From NCBI GenBank assembly GCA_963664085.2, contig CAXXLO010000002.1, forward strand, positions 3,680,290-3,744,289: 64,000 bases of DNA, in the 5' to 3' direction. Source of the DNA: Caldilineaceae bacterium (GTDB taxonomy: Bacteria; Chloroflexota; Anaerolineae; Caldilineales; Caldilineaceae). The notes under the pieces are model-generated. The model made no database searches, was not told where the DNA came from, and saw only the letters and a list, made by a program, of their open reading frames with translations. Position numbers and translations under genes: made by a program. This document shows, piece after piece, positions 44,874 to 55,399 of the stretch (position 1 is the stretch's first letter; each line of letters begins with the position of its first letter).

Positions 44874-45662
44874 ATGTCCGATTCACTCACGAACGAACAG
44901 TGGCGCCAGTACGAGACCCAGGGATATTTGCGACTGGGCAAGGTGTTGACCCACGAGGAACTTGATGCCCTCCAGGTGCGTATGGATGACATCATGCTGG
45001 GGCGGGCGCCGCTCGACTATGACCGGATGGCAATGCAGCTGGACCGAGAACCGGGCACAGGCAAACCGGGACCGCAAACAAAAGGCCACAAAGGCGCAAC
45101 GCTCAGCTACCGCAAGATACAGGACCTCGAATTCGACCCTTTGTTTCTCGCCTACATGCAGAAGCCCCTGTTCCGCCACATCTGCGCGCGTGTATACGGG
45201 GAGGAGACCACCATCGCCTGTTACCGGGCCATGTTCATGAACAAACCGGCCCGCGAGGGCACGCCCCTGATCTGGCACCAGGACCGCTGGAGATACCTGG
45301 ATCGGGACCCCTTGATCACGATCTGGACGGCGCTCGATCCCGCCACGGTCGCAAACGGCTGCGTCCAAATCGTACCCGGCGCCCACCACACGCTGATAAA
45401 CCCGTCCAGCGGGTCGGGCTTTCTGACGCCGGAGCAGGCAGAGGACCTGACGCGTGACGCGGAAATCGTCTTTCTGGAGCTGGAGGCGGGCGAGTGCGTC
45501 CTGCTGCACAACCATCTGCCTCACAGCTCCGAAATCAACAACACGGACATTCCCAGGCGGGCCTTCAGCGCCTGTTACATGGACGCGGTGACCCGGGCGG
45601 AAAACGGGGAGACGTTCACTGTCGTTTTTGGAGAAGGCGCGCTGCAACCGGAGATGGTCTGA
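44874..45662 (+). CDS. PhyH family dioxygenase
   Basis: 262 aa with LIWHQDRWRYLD, ITIWTALDPATVANGCVQIVPGAHH and HNHLPHSS. Confidence 0.85.
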   Translation: MSDSLTNEQWRQYETQGYLRLGKVLTHEELDALQVRMDDIMLGRAPLDYDRMAMQLDREPGTGKPGPQTKGHKGATLSYRKIQDLEFDPLFLAYMQKPLFRHICARVYGEETTIACYRAMFMNKPAREGTPLIWHQDRWRYLDRDPLITIWTALDPATVANGCVQIVPGAHHTLINPSSGSGFLTPEQAEDLTRDAEIVFLELEAGECVLLHNHLPHSSEINNTDIPRRAFSACYMDAVTRAENGETFTVVFGEGALQPEMV

Positions 45663-45681
45663 AAGCCCAAAGGAAAGCATC

Positions 45682-46521
45682 ATGTATGAAAGCGTAGAAG
45701 TAGCCGCCATCTCATATCGACCGGTCAAATGGGACAAAGCCGCCAACGCCGACCGCATGGAGGAGCTGTTTGTCGAGGCGGCGCAGGAAAGTCCGCGCAT
45801 GATTCTGACGACCGAAGGCGCTCTCGAAGGCTATATTGTAATGGAGATCGTCGAGGGCCGCGCCCCGGCTGATTCCATGCTCGACGTAGCCGAACCGATC
45901 GACGGCCCCTATATCCGCCGTTTCCAAAAACTGGCCCGTACGTTGAACACGTGTCTCGCTTTCGGCTTCGCCGAACGCGTCGGCGATGAAGCCTATAACT
46001 GCGCGATCTTTCTTGACCAGCAAGGCGACATCTGCGGCCGCTATCACAAGGTGCAGCTGGCTGAAGGCACGCATTGCTCCTGGCATTTCAACCGCGTCGG
46101 TCACCGTCTGCGGGCGTTCGATACGCCGATAGGCCGCGCCGGCTTTGTCATCTGCAACGACCGCTGGAACCCGGACATCGTGCGCGCGCTCGTCCTGGAC
46201 GGCGCCCGCATCATCCTCATCCCCTCCTACGGCAGCAAAACCAAAGAGCAGAATCAGGCCGTTCTGGCCAGGGCAAGGGAGAATGGCGTCCCCATCGTCG
46301 AGGCCAACGTCGGCATGAACCTGATCATCAGCAAGGGGGAGATCTGCGCTTACCAGTGGGGCAACGACCAGATCACGCACGGCGTTGTCGAAATCCCCGC
46401 GGCCGCCTGCGAGGAGACTGCCCGCCAGGCGGAGAAGGCGTATCTCGCCGCGCAAAGTCCGGAGATGGAGAAACGCTATCAGAGGACGCTTGAGCGAGTA
46501 GAACGGCTGACCAGCGCCTAG
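45682..46521 (+). CDS. Carbon-nitrogen hydrolase (nitrilase superfamily)
   Basis: I trimmed the start to ATG 45682 (MYESVEVAAISY). It has the catalytic Glu in LTTEGA, YHKVQL (Lys) and GFVICNDRWNP (Cys). Confidence 0.8.
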   Translation: MYESVEVAAISYRPVKWDKAANADRMEELFVEAAQESPRMILTTEGALEGYIVMEIVEGRAPADSMLDVAEPIDGPYIRRFQKLARTLNTCLAFGFAERVGDEAYNCAIFLDQQGDICGRYHKVQLAEGTHCSWHFNRVGHRLRAFDTPIGRAGFVICNDRWNPDIVRALVLDGARIILIPSYGSKTKEQNQAVLARARENGVPIVEANVGMNLIISKGEICAYQWGNDQITHGVVEIPAAACEETARQAEKAYLAAQSPEMEKRYQRTLERVERLTSA

Positions 46522-46569
46522 CTTCCCTGGCCCGGACTCAGGCCGCCAGGGTCACCGGAGGAGATTTTC

Positions 46570-48135
46570 GTGTACGACATCGTCATTGCAGGAGGAACGG
46601 TCATAGACGGCGGCCGCGCGCCGCGGCGGCGGGGAGACGTTGGCATCAGGGGCGACCGAATCGCGGCCATCGGCGACCTGGCCGGCGCGGATGCCGCTCA
46701 AGTTATCGACGCCGCCGGCAGGATCGTCGCGCCCGGCTTCATCGACGTTCACACTCATTCGGATGGCTGGTTCCTGAGAAAGCGGCACCAGGTGAGCAAG
46801 ACCAGCCAGGGCTTTACCAGCGAACTGATCATGGCCGACGGCATTTCCTACGCGCCGGTCAGCCGGCAGACGGCCCATGAGTGGATCTACTACATGCGCG
46901 GCCTCAACGCCCTGCGCATGGAGGACTACACAGGCTGGGAGACACTGGCGGATTACATGGCTCTCCTCGACCGCCGGAACGTGCAGAACGTGATCACTCA
47001 GATCCCCTACGCCAATGTGCGGACTCTCATCTGCGGCTGGGGTCCGGCGCCGGCGGACGACTTACAGTTGAAGCTGATTCAGCTGCAGGTTGAACAGGGA
47101 ATGGAGGCCGGCGCGTGCGGTCTTTCAACGGGACTTGACTACGCCTCCCAGTGTTTCGCCTCGACGGCAGAGCTGGCAGCCGCCTGCGCGCCCATGGCCG
47201 ATGCAAAGGCCCCGTACGTCACCCACATGCGCTACAAGATTGGGACGCTGGCCGCGCTGAAGGAGGCGGTCGAGATAGGGCGGCGCGCCGGTGTCCCGGT
47301 CCACATCTCCCATCTCAAGGCCGCGAGCGAAGTCGACACGGAGGCCATACTTGCCTACGTCGACCAGGTCGCCGTCCACGAAGTCGACTTTTCCTTCGAC
47401 GTCTATCCTTATCTGCCCGGATCGACACTGCTCAACTACCTCTTGCCCTACCAGATCTGGCACGACGGCCCCCTGGACGCGCTGCCCAAGCTGCGCGACC
47501 CTGCGGTGCGCGCGCAGGTCGAACGCGGCCTTGGAATTTATGCGTCCGATCTCGACGCGATCAGAATCGCCTGGCTGCCAGGCAAGGAGAATGGCAGATA
47601 CGTGGGCAAGAGTTTAGCGGAGTATGTTGACGCAGTGGGCAAGTCTGCGGTAGACGCACTTTGCGATCTTCTGATCGAGGAGAACCTGGCGGTGTTGCTC
47701 GTGTTCTTTAATGGAGACGACCGGTTCGTGGAGCCATTCCTCGCCCACGAGCGCTACATGATGGGAACAGACGGCGTCTACCATGAGGACAGCGTCGTCC
47801 ACCCTCGCCAGTACGGTTCAACGGCGCGGCTCCTGGGGCCATGCGTACGCAAGGGCCTGTTTTCCCTGGAGGAGGCGGTGTGGAAGCTGAGCGGCGCCCC
47901 GGCGGCCCGCTTCGGGCTTAAGGATCGGGGCAGGGTTGAGGAAGGATGTTACGCGGACCTGGTCGTCTTTGATCAGGAGGCAGTTCAGGATCACGCGACC
48001 TTCGTCGAGCCGCACAGACGGTCAAGCGGCGTCAGCGAAGTTCTCGTAAACGGCGTCCCCATAATCCGCGACAGTTCACCCGTGGAGACGCTGCAGGAGC
48101 CATTGCCGGGTCGGGCTCTGCGCTTCAATCAGTAG
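46570..48135 (+). CDS. D-aminoacylase / N-acyl-D-amino-acid deacylase (amidohydrolase superfamily)
   Basis: 521 aa. The GTG follows GGAGGAG. It has MYDIVIAGGTVIDG and the metal site GFIDVHTHSD. Confidence 0.8.
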   Translation: MYDIVIAGGTVIDGGRAPRRRGDVGIRGDRIAAIGDLAGADAAQVIDAAGRIVAPGFIDVHTHSDGWFLRKRHQVSKTSQGFTSELIMADGISYAPVSRQTAHEWIYYMRGLNALRMEDYTGWETLADYMALLDRRNVQNVITQIPYANVRTLICGWGPAPADDLQLKLIQLQVEQGMEAGACGLSTGLDYASQCFASTAELAAACAPMADAKAPYVTHMRYKIGTLAALKEAVEIGRRAGVPVHISHLKAASEVDTEAILAYVDQVAVHEVDFSFDVYPYLPGSTLLNYLLPYQIWHDGPLDALPKLRDPAVRAQVERGLGIYASDLDAIRIAWLPGKENGRYVGKSLAEYVDAVGKSAVDALCDLLIEENLAVLLVFFNGDDRFVEPFLAHERYMMGTDGVYHEDSVVHPRQYGSTARLLGPCVRKGLFSLEEAVWKLSGAPAARFGLKDRGRVEEGCYADLVVFDQEAVQDHATFVEPHRRSSGVSEVLVNGVPIIRDSSPVETLQEPLPGRALRFNQ

Positions 48136-48136
48136 T

Positions 48137-49363
48137 TCACTCTTCTTCCAAACGTACGCCGAGAGCATCGACTTCCGAATCACCGGCAACCGCAGCGGGC
48201 AGTTCGGCGTCTGCAGGCGCAGAACCCTGGTCTTCAGGTGTAACGACAGGCACGTTTTCCGCATTTGCGGCGAGCACAAAGGGCGCGTAGAGCCACCCAG
48301 AGCGGCCTTCAAAGTCTATCCGCCACCATTCTCCGTCCGAACTCCTCCCGGTGATGGCAAACTCTTCTCCTTCGTTCGCGCCGCCGATACGGTCGTATTC
48401 GGTACCCGGCCCGGCGCGTACGTTCAAGTCGCCGGCGGTGGTCGCCAGCGGTCCAGCGGGCGTCGCGGGCGTATCCGTTGTCGGGTCCTCGGGCTCGGTA
48501 GCCCCGGCCTGCGGGGCGTCGACGACAGGCACATTTTCCACGTTGGCAGCGAGCACATAGGGGGCAAAGATCCACCCTGAGCGGCCGTCGAAGTCGATTT
48601 GCCACCATTCGCCGTCCTGACTCCTTCCGGTTACGTCGTACGTCTCGCCTTCAGCGGCCCCGCCGATCCTGTCGTAAGCGGTCCCCGGTCCTGAGCGGAC
48701 GTTCATGTCGCCAAGGACGGAGATGACTGCGCCCTGCGTCTGCGGCGCAGCCGTCCCGGTACGGGGCGCGGGGGGAGGCGGCTCCGTCATGGAAACGCCA
48801 ACGACGGGAACGTTTTCCGCGTTCGCAGCGGTCACAAACGGCGCATAGATCCACGCAGTATCGCCATTAAAGTCAATTTGCCACCAGTTGCCGTCCTCGT
48901 TCTTGCCGGTGATGCGGAACTCCTCACCGGCAGAGGCCCCGCCAATCCTGTCGTACTGCTCGCCCGGTCCACTGCGAATGTTCATTTCGCCGCCGACGGT
49001 CAGGACCGCGTTCAGCGGAGCAGTGACCGGCGCGGTGGTACCGTCATCCGGGTCAGCAGCGGGCGGCGGCTCCGCGGCGGCTGGCGGCGTGCCGGTAGCC
49101 GCGGGGGTTGGCGCGGTCAGAGCGGTTGCCGTGGGCAGAGGCGTTACAGTGGCCGGAGCAGATTCTGCGGGTGTGGGAGCAGGTGTATTGGTTGCCGCGG
49201 GCGGCAGCGGTGTAGAGGTAGCGACGGTGGGAAGCGGCGCGGCGGTATTTGGCGGCGGCGATTCATCCACTCGCTGGCCGCAGGCGCCAAGAACAGCGAC
49301 ACAGGGAATCAGCGCGCACAGAATCAGAGTTTGCTTGAAGGACCCCATGACCACCCTCTTCAT
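48137..49363 (-). CDS. Secreted lipoprotein with three tandem bacterial SH3 domains
   Basis: I trimmed the start to MKRVVMGSFKQTLILCALIPCVAVLGACG (lipobox). There are three ~70-aa repeats of the form ..NVRSGPG..YDRIGGA..GE...TG...DGEWWQIDF.G..GW..AP.V.AAN.ENVPVV. Confidence 0.8.
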   Translation of the reverse strand: MKRVVMGSFKQTLILCALIPCVAVLGACGQRVDESPPPNTAAPLPTVATSTPLPPAATNTPAPTPAESAPATVTPLPTATALTAPTPAATGTPPAAAEPPPAADPDDGTTAPVTAPLNAVLTVGGEMNIRSGPGEQYDRIGGASAGEEFRITGKNEDGNWWQIDFNGDTAWIYAPFVTAANAENVPVVGVSMTEPPPPAPRTGTAAPQTQGAVISVLGDMNVRSGPGTAYDRIGGAAEGETYDVTGRSQDGEWWQIDFDGRSGWIFAPYVLAANVENVPVVDAPQAGATEPEDPTTDTPATPAGPLATTAGDLNVRAGPGTEYDRIGGANEGEEFAITGRSSDGEWWRIDFEGRSGWLYAPFVLAANAENVPVVTPEDQGSAPADAELPAAVAGDSEVDALGVRLEEE

Positions 49364-49416
49364 CAATATCGCTACTCGGGCTGCGGCTGCCGGCCAGCTG
49401 CACGGCCGCTGACGGC

Positions 49417-50055
49417 TCAAGTACGCTCCTCCCGGTCGGGCGGAGCCGTTCGCGCCGCATGCACAATCAGGGCCACGGCCGTAGCCTCGGGGATGCGGCC
49501 CGTGTCCAACATCAGGTGATAGTGCCGGCAGTTCTTCCAGTCCGCACTGGTGAAGAATCTCTGGTACCAGTTGCGGCGCTGCTCGTCGGCCAGACCAATT
49601 ATACGTCCAGCCGTGCCGATTTCGGCCATACCGCGGCGGCGCTGAATGCGACCGGCCCGAATCTCCGGCGCCGCGAAGAGGTGTACGTGGAGGGCGGTCG
49701 GATGGTTCTCGAGAATCAGCTGGGAGCCGCGTCCAATGAAGACCACGTTCCCCCGTTCGGCCAGGGCGCGAATTGCCTTTGTCATCCCGTCGACATAGGT
49801 TGCCTGGTCCATCGGCCTGTTGCGCCGGTTTGGATCGGCCGAGAAGAGCGAACGCATCTCCTGACTGACAACACCGGCGCGCGACATCAGCTTCTCCTCG
49901 GCCTCGACGATTACTTCCACCTGTACGCCGGCCTGCCGGGCCATCTCCGCAAGCACCTCCTTGTCGATACAGGTCGCGTCCAACTCTTGGCCGACAGCCT
50001 CAGCGATACGAGTGCCTCGCGAGCCCAGTTCGCGCGAAATGGTAACGACGGTCAT
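49417..50055 (-). CDS. Cytidylate kinase-like family protein
   Basis: I trimmed the start to ATG 50055, which follows GGAGG. MTVVTISRELGSRGTRIAEAV is typical of the Cytidylate_kin2 family. Confidence 0.7.
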   Translation of the reverse strand: MTVVTISRELGSRGTRIAEAVGQELDATCIDKEVLAEMARQAGVQVEVIVEAEEKLMSRAGVVSQEMRSLFSADPNRRNRPMDQATYVDGMTKAIRALAERGNVVFIGRGSQLILENHPTALHVHLFAAPEIRAGRIQRRRGMAEIGTAGRIIGLADEQRRNWYQRFFTSADWKNCRHYHLMLDTGRIPEATAVALIVHAARTAPPDREERT

Positions 50056-50204
50056 AGTTGCCTCCCCAGTACAGGAAACCTGCACTCACGCACCTAAGAA
50101 CTCCACAGCTTTGCCCGGGGCCGGAGCCGCTTGAAACGGGCGCGCCCCGCCGTCAGAAGATGCCTGGCAGGACGCGCACAGCTGCGCGACAGGCGGGCCC
50201 ATGG

Positions 50205-51710
50205 CTATAGCTCGACCACTTTCGGGTCATAGAGCGGTGTGTCTGCGACAACAACGCGGCCATCCGGCATTCGATAACAGTTGCCGTGCCCGGGCGCTCC
50301 TTCCACCAAGGCGTTTCGCTCCAGCTCTTCTTCGTCTTTGCGGCGCTGTTCATCAGCGGCGTCGAAGTCCCATGAGCTGTCCACCAGGGCCTTGAGCCGC
50401 CGGCCTATCGCCAACTCTTCCTCCGTTCCGTGTTCCAGAAGGTTGCGCTGCTCCAGGGGGTCGGCTTCCAGGTCAAAGAGCAGGTGCGGCTTCATTTCCC
50501 GGAAGCGGACAAATTTGTAGTTGCCCAGGCGCACGAGACGGTGTTCGCTGCCTTTTCCCCAGCGCGGGAGCGGATTGTCCACGAAGACAGGCTCCAGCGG
50601 CGGTTCGGTCCCTGTCGTCACCGCTTGGGAGAGGTCGCGCCCCTCGAGGCCTTCAGGCTGCTCGATGTTCGCCAGCCCGCACAGCGTCGGGAACAGGTCC
50701 GCCAAACTGACAGGCGTGTCCAGCCGGGTTCCCGAGATTTCTCCACTCCGCTGAGACGGCGTTTGGACGATCAGAGGCACGCGCGCCGCGGCCTCGTGCC
50801 ACGAGTTTTTCCACCACATGCCGTGCTCACCCGCCATTTCGCCATGGTCCGTGGTGTAGACGATGACGGTGTTTTCCAGCAGGCCGCTCCGTTCCAACAG
50901 ATGGAGGAGGTCGCCAAGGATTTCGTCCAGATAGTCGACACATGCGAAGTAGGCTGCCCTGGCCTTCATCATCTCCTGGTCTGAGACTTCCTCCGTGCGG
51001 AATCCTTTCGCCATGCCAACCGTCATGGGGTGGGAGGCGGTGTCGCCGGTACGTCCTACCTTGGGGGGCGTTACGCCTTGCGGCCAGTAGTTGGCGAGGA
51101 ACCTCTGCGGCGCGGTCAGCGGAAAATGAGGGCGGCTGAACGACGCGCACAGAAACCAGGGTCTGTCCGGCTCAGCGGCAGTCTGTTCGCGCAAAAAGGT
51201 CACCGACTCGCGCACGATGACCTGCTCCTGCAGGGCGCTCTCCGGAATCTCGGTCAGGCCGGCGTCGGCGGTACGGCTGCGCATCGCGAAGCCGCCTTCG
51301 CGTATTGACAAGGGATCCCTCTGATGTCCGGCGCCCCCTGTCAGATCGCCATAGGGTCTGTGCGCGAAACCGGCCATCTGGTTGGCGCCCCCCAAGTGCA
51401 TCTTGCCAACCAGGCAGGTGGCGTATCCGGCATTGGAAAAGGCGGAGGCCATTGTCGGGATCTCCGGTCTCAGGTAGGACCCATTGGCCCAGCCGCCGCC
51501 GGTCAGCGGGGAACGCCCGGTCAGCAGGCAGATGCGGGAGGGTGTACAGAGGGGAGACTGGCAGTAGGCGGCGCTGAAGTAGGCGCCGTGTTTTGCCAGA
51601 CCGTCCAGAGCAGGTGTCCGCACCGGTTCGCCGGCCGGCCCGTCGAGCAGGCTAAGGCAGCGGTAGCTGTGCTCGTCGGAGAAGAGAAAGAGAATGTTCG
51701 GTCGCGACAT
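50205..51710 (-). CDS. Sulfatase (formylglycine-dependent), cytoplasmic
   Basis: I trimmed the start to ATG 51710 (MSRPNILFLFSDEH). It has the FGly signature SPLCTPSRICLLTGR and no signal peptide. Confidence 0.85.
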   Translation of the reverse strand: MSRPNILFLFSDEHSYRCLSLLDGPAGEPVRTPALDGLAKHGAYFSAAYCQSPLCTPSRICLLTGRSPLTGGGWANGSYLRPEIPTMASAFSNAGYATCLVGKMHLGGANQMAGFAHRPYGDLTGGAGHQRDPLSIREGGFAMRSRTADAGLTEIPESALQEQVIVRESVTFLREQTAAEPDRPWFLCASFSRPHFPLTAPQRFLANYWPQGVTPPKVGRTGDTASHPMTVGMAKGFRTEEVSDQEMMKARAAYFACVDYLDEILGDLLHLLERSGLLENTVIVYTTDHGEMAGEHGMWWKNSWHEAAARVPLIVQTPSQRSGEISGTRLDTPVSLADLFPTLCGLANIEQPEGLEGRDLSQAVTTGTEPPLEPVFVDNPLPRWGKGSEHRLVRLGNYKFVRFREMKPHLLFDLEADPLEQRNLLEHGTEEELAIGRRLKALVDSSWDFDAADEQRRKDEEELERNALVEGAPGHGNCYRMPDGRVVVADTPLYDPKVVEL

Positions 51711-51900
51711 GAATGAAATCCCATAAGACGATGCGCGGCAACGGTCCCCTTTAGAATAAGACCAGGGGCCGATGCGCGCAAGTAAGTTTTCGCCATTCAC
51801 AGGCGCAACATGCTCCAACGGAGCGGAACGGGGAAGGAGATTCGGCCCAAGTGTCCCTGTCCGGTTGAAGCTGCGAGACGACTGGGGTAGGATAGTGGAG

Positions 51901-53226
51901 ATGGAGAGCATCCGTTTTGCTTCGGCCACCCAACTGATACAGGCTATACAGGCGCGTGAGCTTTCCGCGCGCGAGGTTGTAGCGGCCTTTCAGGCGCAGC
52001 TTGAAGCGGTAAACGCCCGGGTGAACGCGGTAACGGTCGTGGCCGAGGACGCCCTGGACCAGGCCAGACTGGCGGACGAGAGACAGGCTCAAGGTGAGGC
52101 GACGGGCCTGCTTCACGGGCTACCATTTACAGTCAAGGACACATTTGAAACGTCCGGAGTGCAGAGCCAGCTTGAGTTCCGACTACGCAAGAAACTGGTT
52201 GCGCGCAAGGACGCCACGGTCGTTGACAGGATGAAGCAGGCCGGCGCAATACTTCTGGCCAAGACCAACTGCCCGCCATCAGGAAGCGGCGCCGATACGG
52301 AAAACGCGATCACGGGCCAGACATGCAACCCGCACAACGCCAGCCGCTCGCCAGGCGGCAGCAGCGGCGGGGAGGCGGCCCTGGTCGCAGGCGGCGGTTC
52401 ACCCCTGGGGCTTGGGAGCGATACGGGAGGCGGCCTGCGCGTGCCGGCCGCTTTCTGCGGCGTTACCGCTCTGAAGCCAACGCAGGGCCGCGTTCCCAAC
52501 TCGGGCGTCTACAACCAGCCGGGCGGACTCACGGATCAGCGCACGCAGATCGGCCCGGTCGCGCGCAGAGCGGAGGACCTTCTGCTTGCTTTGAGGACGA
52601 TTTCCGGTCCCGACTATCTCGACGCCGGGGTTGTCGCCAAACCCCTGTACGACCCCGGTCAGCTGCCACTGCGGGACCTGACAGTCGCTTTCTTTGCCTA
52701 TGACCCGGCGTCGCTTGTCACTTCCGCGGTGGCAAATGCGGTGGGCGCGTCGGGGCAAGCCCTGGCCCGCGCCGGGGTCCAGGTTGTGGAAAACCGTCCC
52801 CTCGACCTGGTCGGAGGGGCACGGGACCTCGACCAGGGCTGGCGGCGCATGGCGGGGACGCGCGGCCAGGACGTTGTTGAGCTGCTCCACGCCTGGGACC
52901 AGTTTCGCACCAATCTGCTCCAGTATATCCGTTATTACGATGCCATCCTCTGTCCCGCCGTTCACCACACCGCTCCCGCAATCGGCGCCCGCGACAACCA
53001 GCGCTTCGACTATACGGTCCCTTTCAGTCTGACCGGCTATCCCGCCGCGGTCGTTCCTGTTGACGTAGACGACGAGGGCCTCCCCGTCGCCGTGCAGATC
53101 GTCTCCCATCCCTGGCGTGAGGACATCGTACTGGCGCTGGCAGGGACGCTGGAGGAGGCGTTCGAGGGCTGGCAAGATGATCTGGACAGGGGAATGAAAC
53201 CGCAGCGTCAGCCAGGCGTAAAGTAG
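51901..53226 (+). CDS. Amidase (amidase-signature family)
   Basis: I trimmed the start to ATG 51901 (MESIRFASATQLIQAI). The AS motif is GGSSGGEAALVAGGGSPLGLGSDTGGGLRVPAAFCG. Confidence 0.9.
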   Translation: MESIRFASATQLIQAIQARELSAREVVAAFQAQLEAVNARVNAVTVVAEDALDQARLADERQAQGEATGLLHGLPFTVKDTFETSGVQSQLEFRLRKKLVARKDATVVDRMKQAGAILLAKTNCPPSGSGADTENAITGQTCNPHNASRSPGGSSGGEAALVAGGGSPLGLGSDTGGGLRVPAAFCGVTALKPTQGRVPNSGVYNQPGGLTDQRTQIGPVARRAEDLLLALRTISGPDYLDAGVVAKPLYDPGQLPLRDLTVAFFAYDPASLVTSAVANAVGASGQALARAGVQVVENRPLDLVGGARDLDQGWRRMAGTRGQDVVELLHAWDQFRTNLLQYIRYYDAILCPAVHHTAPAIGARDNQRFDYTVPFSLTGYPAAVVPVDVDDEGLPVAVQIVSHPWREDIVLALAGTLEEAFEGWQDDLDRGMKPQRQPGVK

Positions 53227-53254
53227 TACAGGAGACCACACCAGGGAGGCAAGC

Positions 53255-53743
53255 ATGGAAGAAGAGCGCAGGGAAGAGAGCAGAGAGCACAAGGATGGAG
53301 AAGAGGCTGAGAGCTCCAGCAGGAGCGATGACCTGACCGAAGAGATTCAGAAGCTGGTTGAGGCGACGGCCCGCGCGGCGCGCAACGTCTGGAGCAGCGA
53401 GCAGCGTCTCCAATTGGAGGAGGAGCTGCGCCGCGGCCTGGGGTCGATAGTCGGGAGCCTGGAAGAGGCACTCGAAAAGTTCAGCCGGAGCGAACAGGGC
53501 CAGGAGATTCAGGAACAGGCGACCAAGGTGGCCAACCGGGTGCGCGAGAGCGAACTCGCCGCTGATCTGATGGAGGGACTGACGGTCGGTCTGAGGTCCG
53601 CCGCCGACGAAGTTCGGAAATTCGCCGACAACTTCGAAGAGCAAGAGGGGCAGTCCGGCGCCGCTGAGGGCAGTCCCGCGGCATCGGGCAATGAGGAGAG
53701 TGGCGAAGAGAGTCGGGAAGAGAGCAGCAACGAGAGTCGTTGA
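53255..53743 (+). CDS. Hypothetical acidic, helix-rich protein
   Basis: 162 aa, Glu/Ser-rich at both ends. I recognise no motif. Confidence 0.45.
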   Translation: MEEERREESREHKDGEEAESSSRSDDLTEEIQKLVEATARAARNVWSSEQRLQLEEELRRGLGSIVGSLEEALEKFSRSEQGQEIQEQATKVANRVRESELAADLMEGLTVGLRSAADEVRKFADNFEEQEGQSGAAEGSPAASGNEESGEESREESSNESR

Positions 53744-53788
53744 GAACAGCCGGAAGGCGGCGCAAGACTGAAGCGGAGGAGACCGCTA

Positions 53789-55399
53789 TCAGGGGAATGA
53801 GAAGAGGACCTTGGCAAGTTTCAAGACGCCTTGACTCCAGGGCACGCGGTGCGATACGCCGCTGCTCCCCTCGAAACTGGCCAGATTCTCAATGTACCAG
53901 ATGTAGTTGCGGACGAGAGCGTCCTGGTTGCTGAACGCCGGGTTCCAGCCGAGAAGGCGCTGGGCCCTGGCGACATCCACGAAGGAGTCGGTCGCCGCGG
54001 TTTCATAGACCCACTTGTACAGCGGCGAAATCCCCAGCTTTTCCAGTAAACGCAATGTCCAGATGGCCGGCGCGGCCGGCAGGGGAATGATGCGTTTTCC
54101 ATGTCCCGCGAAGTCGAGGACAGCCTGATAGTCCTCCTTCATGGTGGCAAACTCGGTCGCGCCGACGTTGAAGGTGTCGTTGACTATCGGGCGCGGCAGG
54201 GTGGCAGCCAGGAAGATCGCGGAACAGAGGTCCTCCACATCCAGCAGCTGATAGCGATTTCTGCCACTGCCCAGCATGGGGAAGTTTTTGCCGTCTTTGG
54301 CCCAATCGTAGAACAGCGCAAAGACACCAAGCCGCTCCGGCCCGACGAAGGATTTGGGGCGAATGATGGGGACACACATGCCCCTGTCTCTGAACTCCCG
54401 GCAGATCTCTTCGGCCTCGATCTTGGCGTTGCCGTAGGGGCCCACCCCGTGCAGGCGGTCGTCTTCCTTGAGGGGGTGGTGATCGGGGATGCCGTAGACG
54501 GCCGTGGAGGAGATATGGATCAGCCGGTCTATGCCTGAGCGGTAAGCGGCATCGAGGACGTTGCGGATGCCTTCAACATCGGTGGAATAGATTTCCTCCG
54601 GCGTGTAAAGCGGGAGCGCCGCGGCAGCGTGAACCACGAGGTCCACGCCTGCCATCGCGGCGCGGACAGAATCGACGTCGCGGATGTCGCCTTCAAGGAC
54701 TTTGACGGCGTCCTTTTCCGGGTAGTCGAAAGGCGCGATGTCGAGAGAAACGACCCGGACCCCGCGCTCAAGGAGGTAGCGGACGAGATTGATGCCAAGA
54801 AAGCCGGCGCCGCCCGTTATCAGGCAACTGCTCACGTCTCTCGGTCCGTCAGATTCTTCCCGTTCAGGGATGCTTTCATGTCGAGAAGGGGGAGAAGCGG
54901 CTATCCAGTCGTTCAGCAGCATTTCAGTCGATTCGAAGGCCAGCTCTGCAGGGATCTGATCTGCGTTGAACCAGCCTGCGTCCTGGGCATCGTCAGCGAC
55001 ATAGGGAATCTCCGGCGAAGCGGACGGTTCCCCCAGGAAAGCCAACACAATTCCAGTGCGGTCGCCATCGTCATTGAGCATAGGGAAGATTTCGATCAGA
55101 TCGCCGATATCGGCACTCAAGCCGACCTCTTCCAGGAGTTCCCGCTTCAGCGCTTCCCTGGGCATCTCGCCCGCGTCCATGTAGCCGCCCGGCAAGGACC
55201 ATTTTCCCTTTGCCGGATCCACTGCCCGCTGAACCAACAGGACTTTGCCGTGATGGAGAACGAGGGCAATGACAGCCACTTTCGGATCGGGGAATTGGAC
55301 GAATCCACAAGCCGAGCAGACGGGCCGCAAGGCGTTGAAGCGCAGCTCCTCCACGACCGGAGCGGCGCAATATGGGCAGAATCGGAATTTCCGGTTCAT
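53789..55399 (-). CDS. NUDIX hydrolase fused to an NAD-dependent epimerase/dehydratase (SDR)
   Basis: I trimmed the start to ATG 55399 ([14 protein letters not shown], a Zn ribbon). The NUDIX box is [24 protein letters not shown], followed by the Rossmann motif [13 protein letters not shown] and the catalytic YGNAK. Confidence 0.8.
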   Translation of the reverse strand: MNRKFRFCPYCAAPVVEELRFNALRPVCSACGFVQFPDPKVAVIALVLHHGKVLLVQRAVDPAKGKWSLPGGYMDAGEMPREALKRELLEEVGLSADIGDLIEIFPMLNDDGDRTGIVLAFLGEPSASPEIPYVADDAQDAGWFNADQIPAELAFESTEMLLNDWIAASPPSRHESIPEREESDGPRDVSSCLITGGAGFLGINLVRYLLERGVRVVSLDIAPFDYPEKDAVKVLEGDIRDVDSVRAAMAGVDLVVHAAAALPLYTPEEIYSTDVEGIRNVLDAAYRSGIDRLIHISSTAVYGIPDHHPLKEDDRLHGVGPYGNAKIEAEEICREFRDRGMCVPIIRPKSFVGPERLGVFALFYDWAKDGKNFPMLGSGRNRYQLLDVEDLCSAIFLAATLPRPIVNDTFNVGATEFATMKEDYQAVLDFAGHGKRIIPLPAAPAIWTLRLLEKLGISPLYKWVYETAATDSFVDVARAQRLLGWNPAFSNQDALVRNYIWYIENLASFEGSSGVSHRVPWSQGVLKLAKVLFSFP

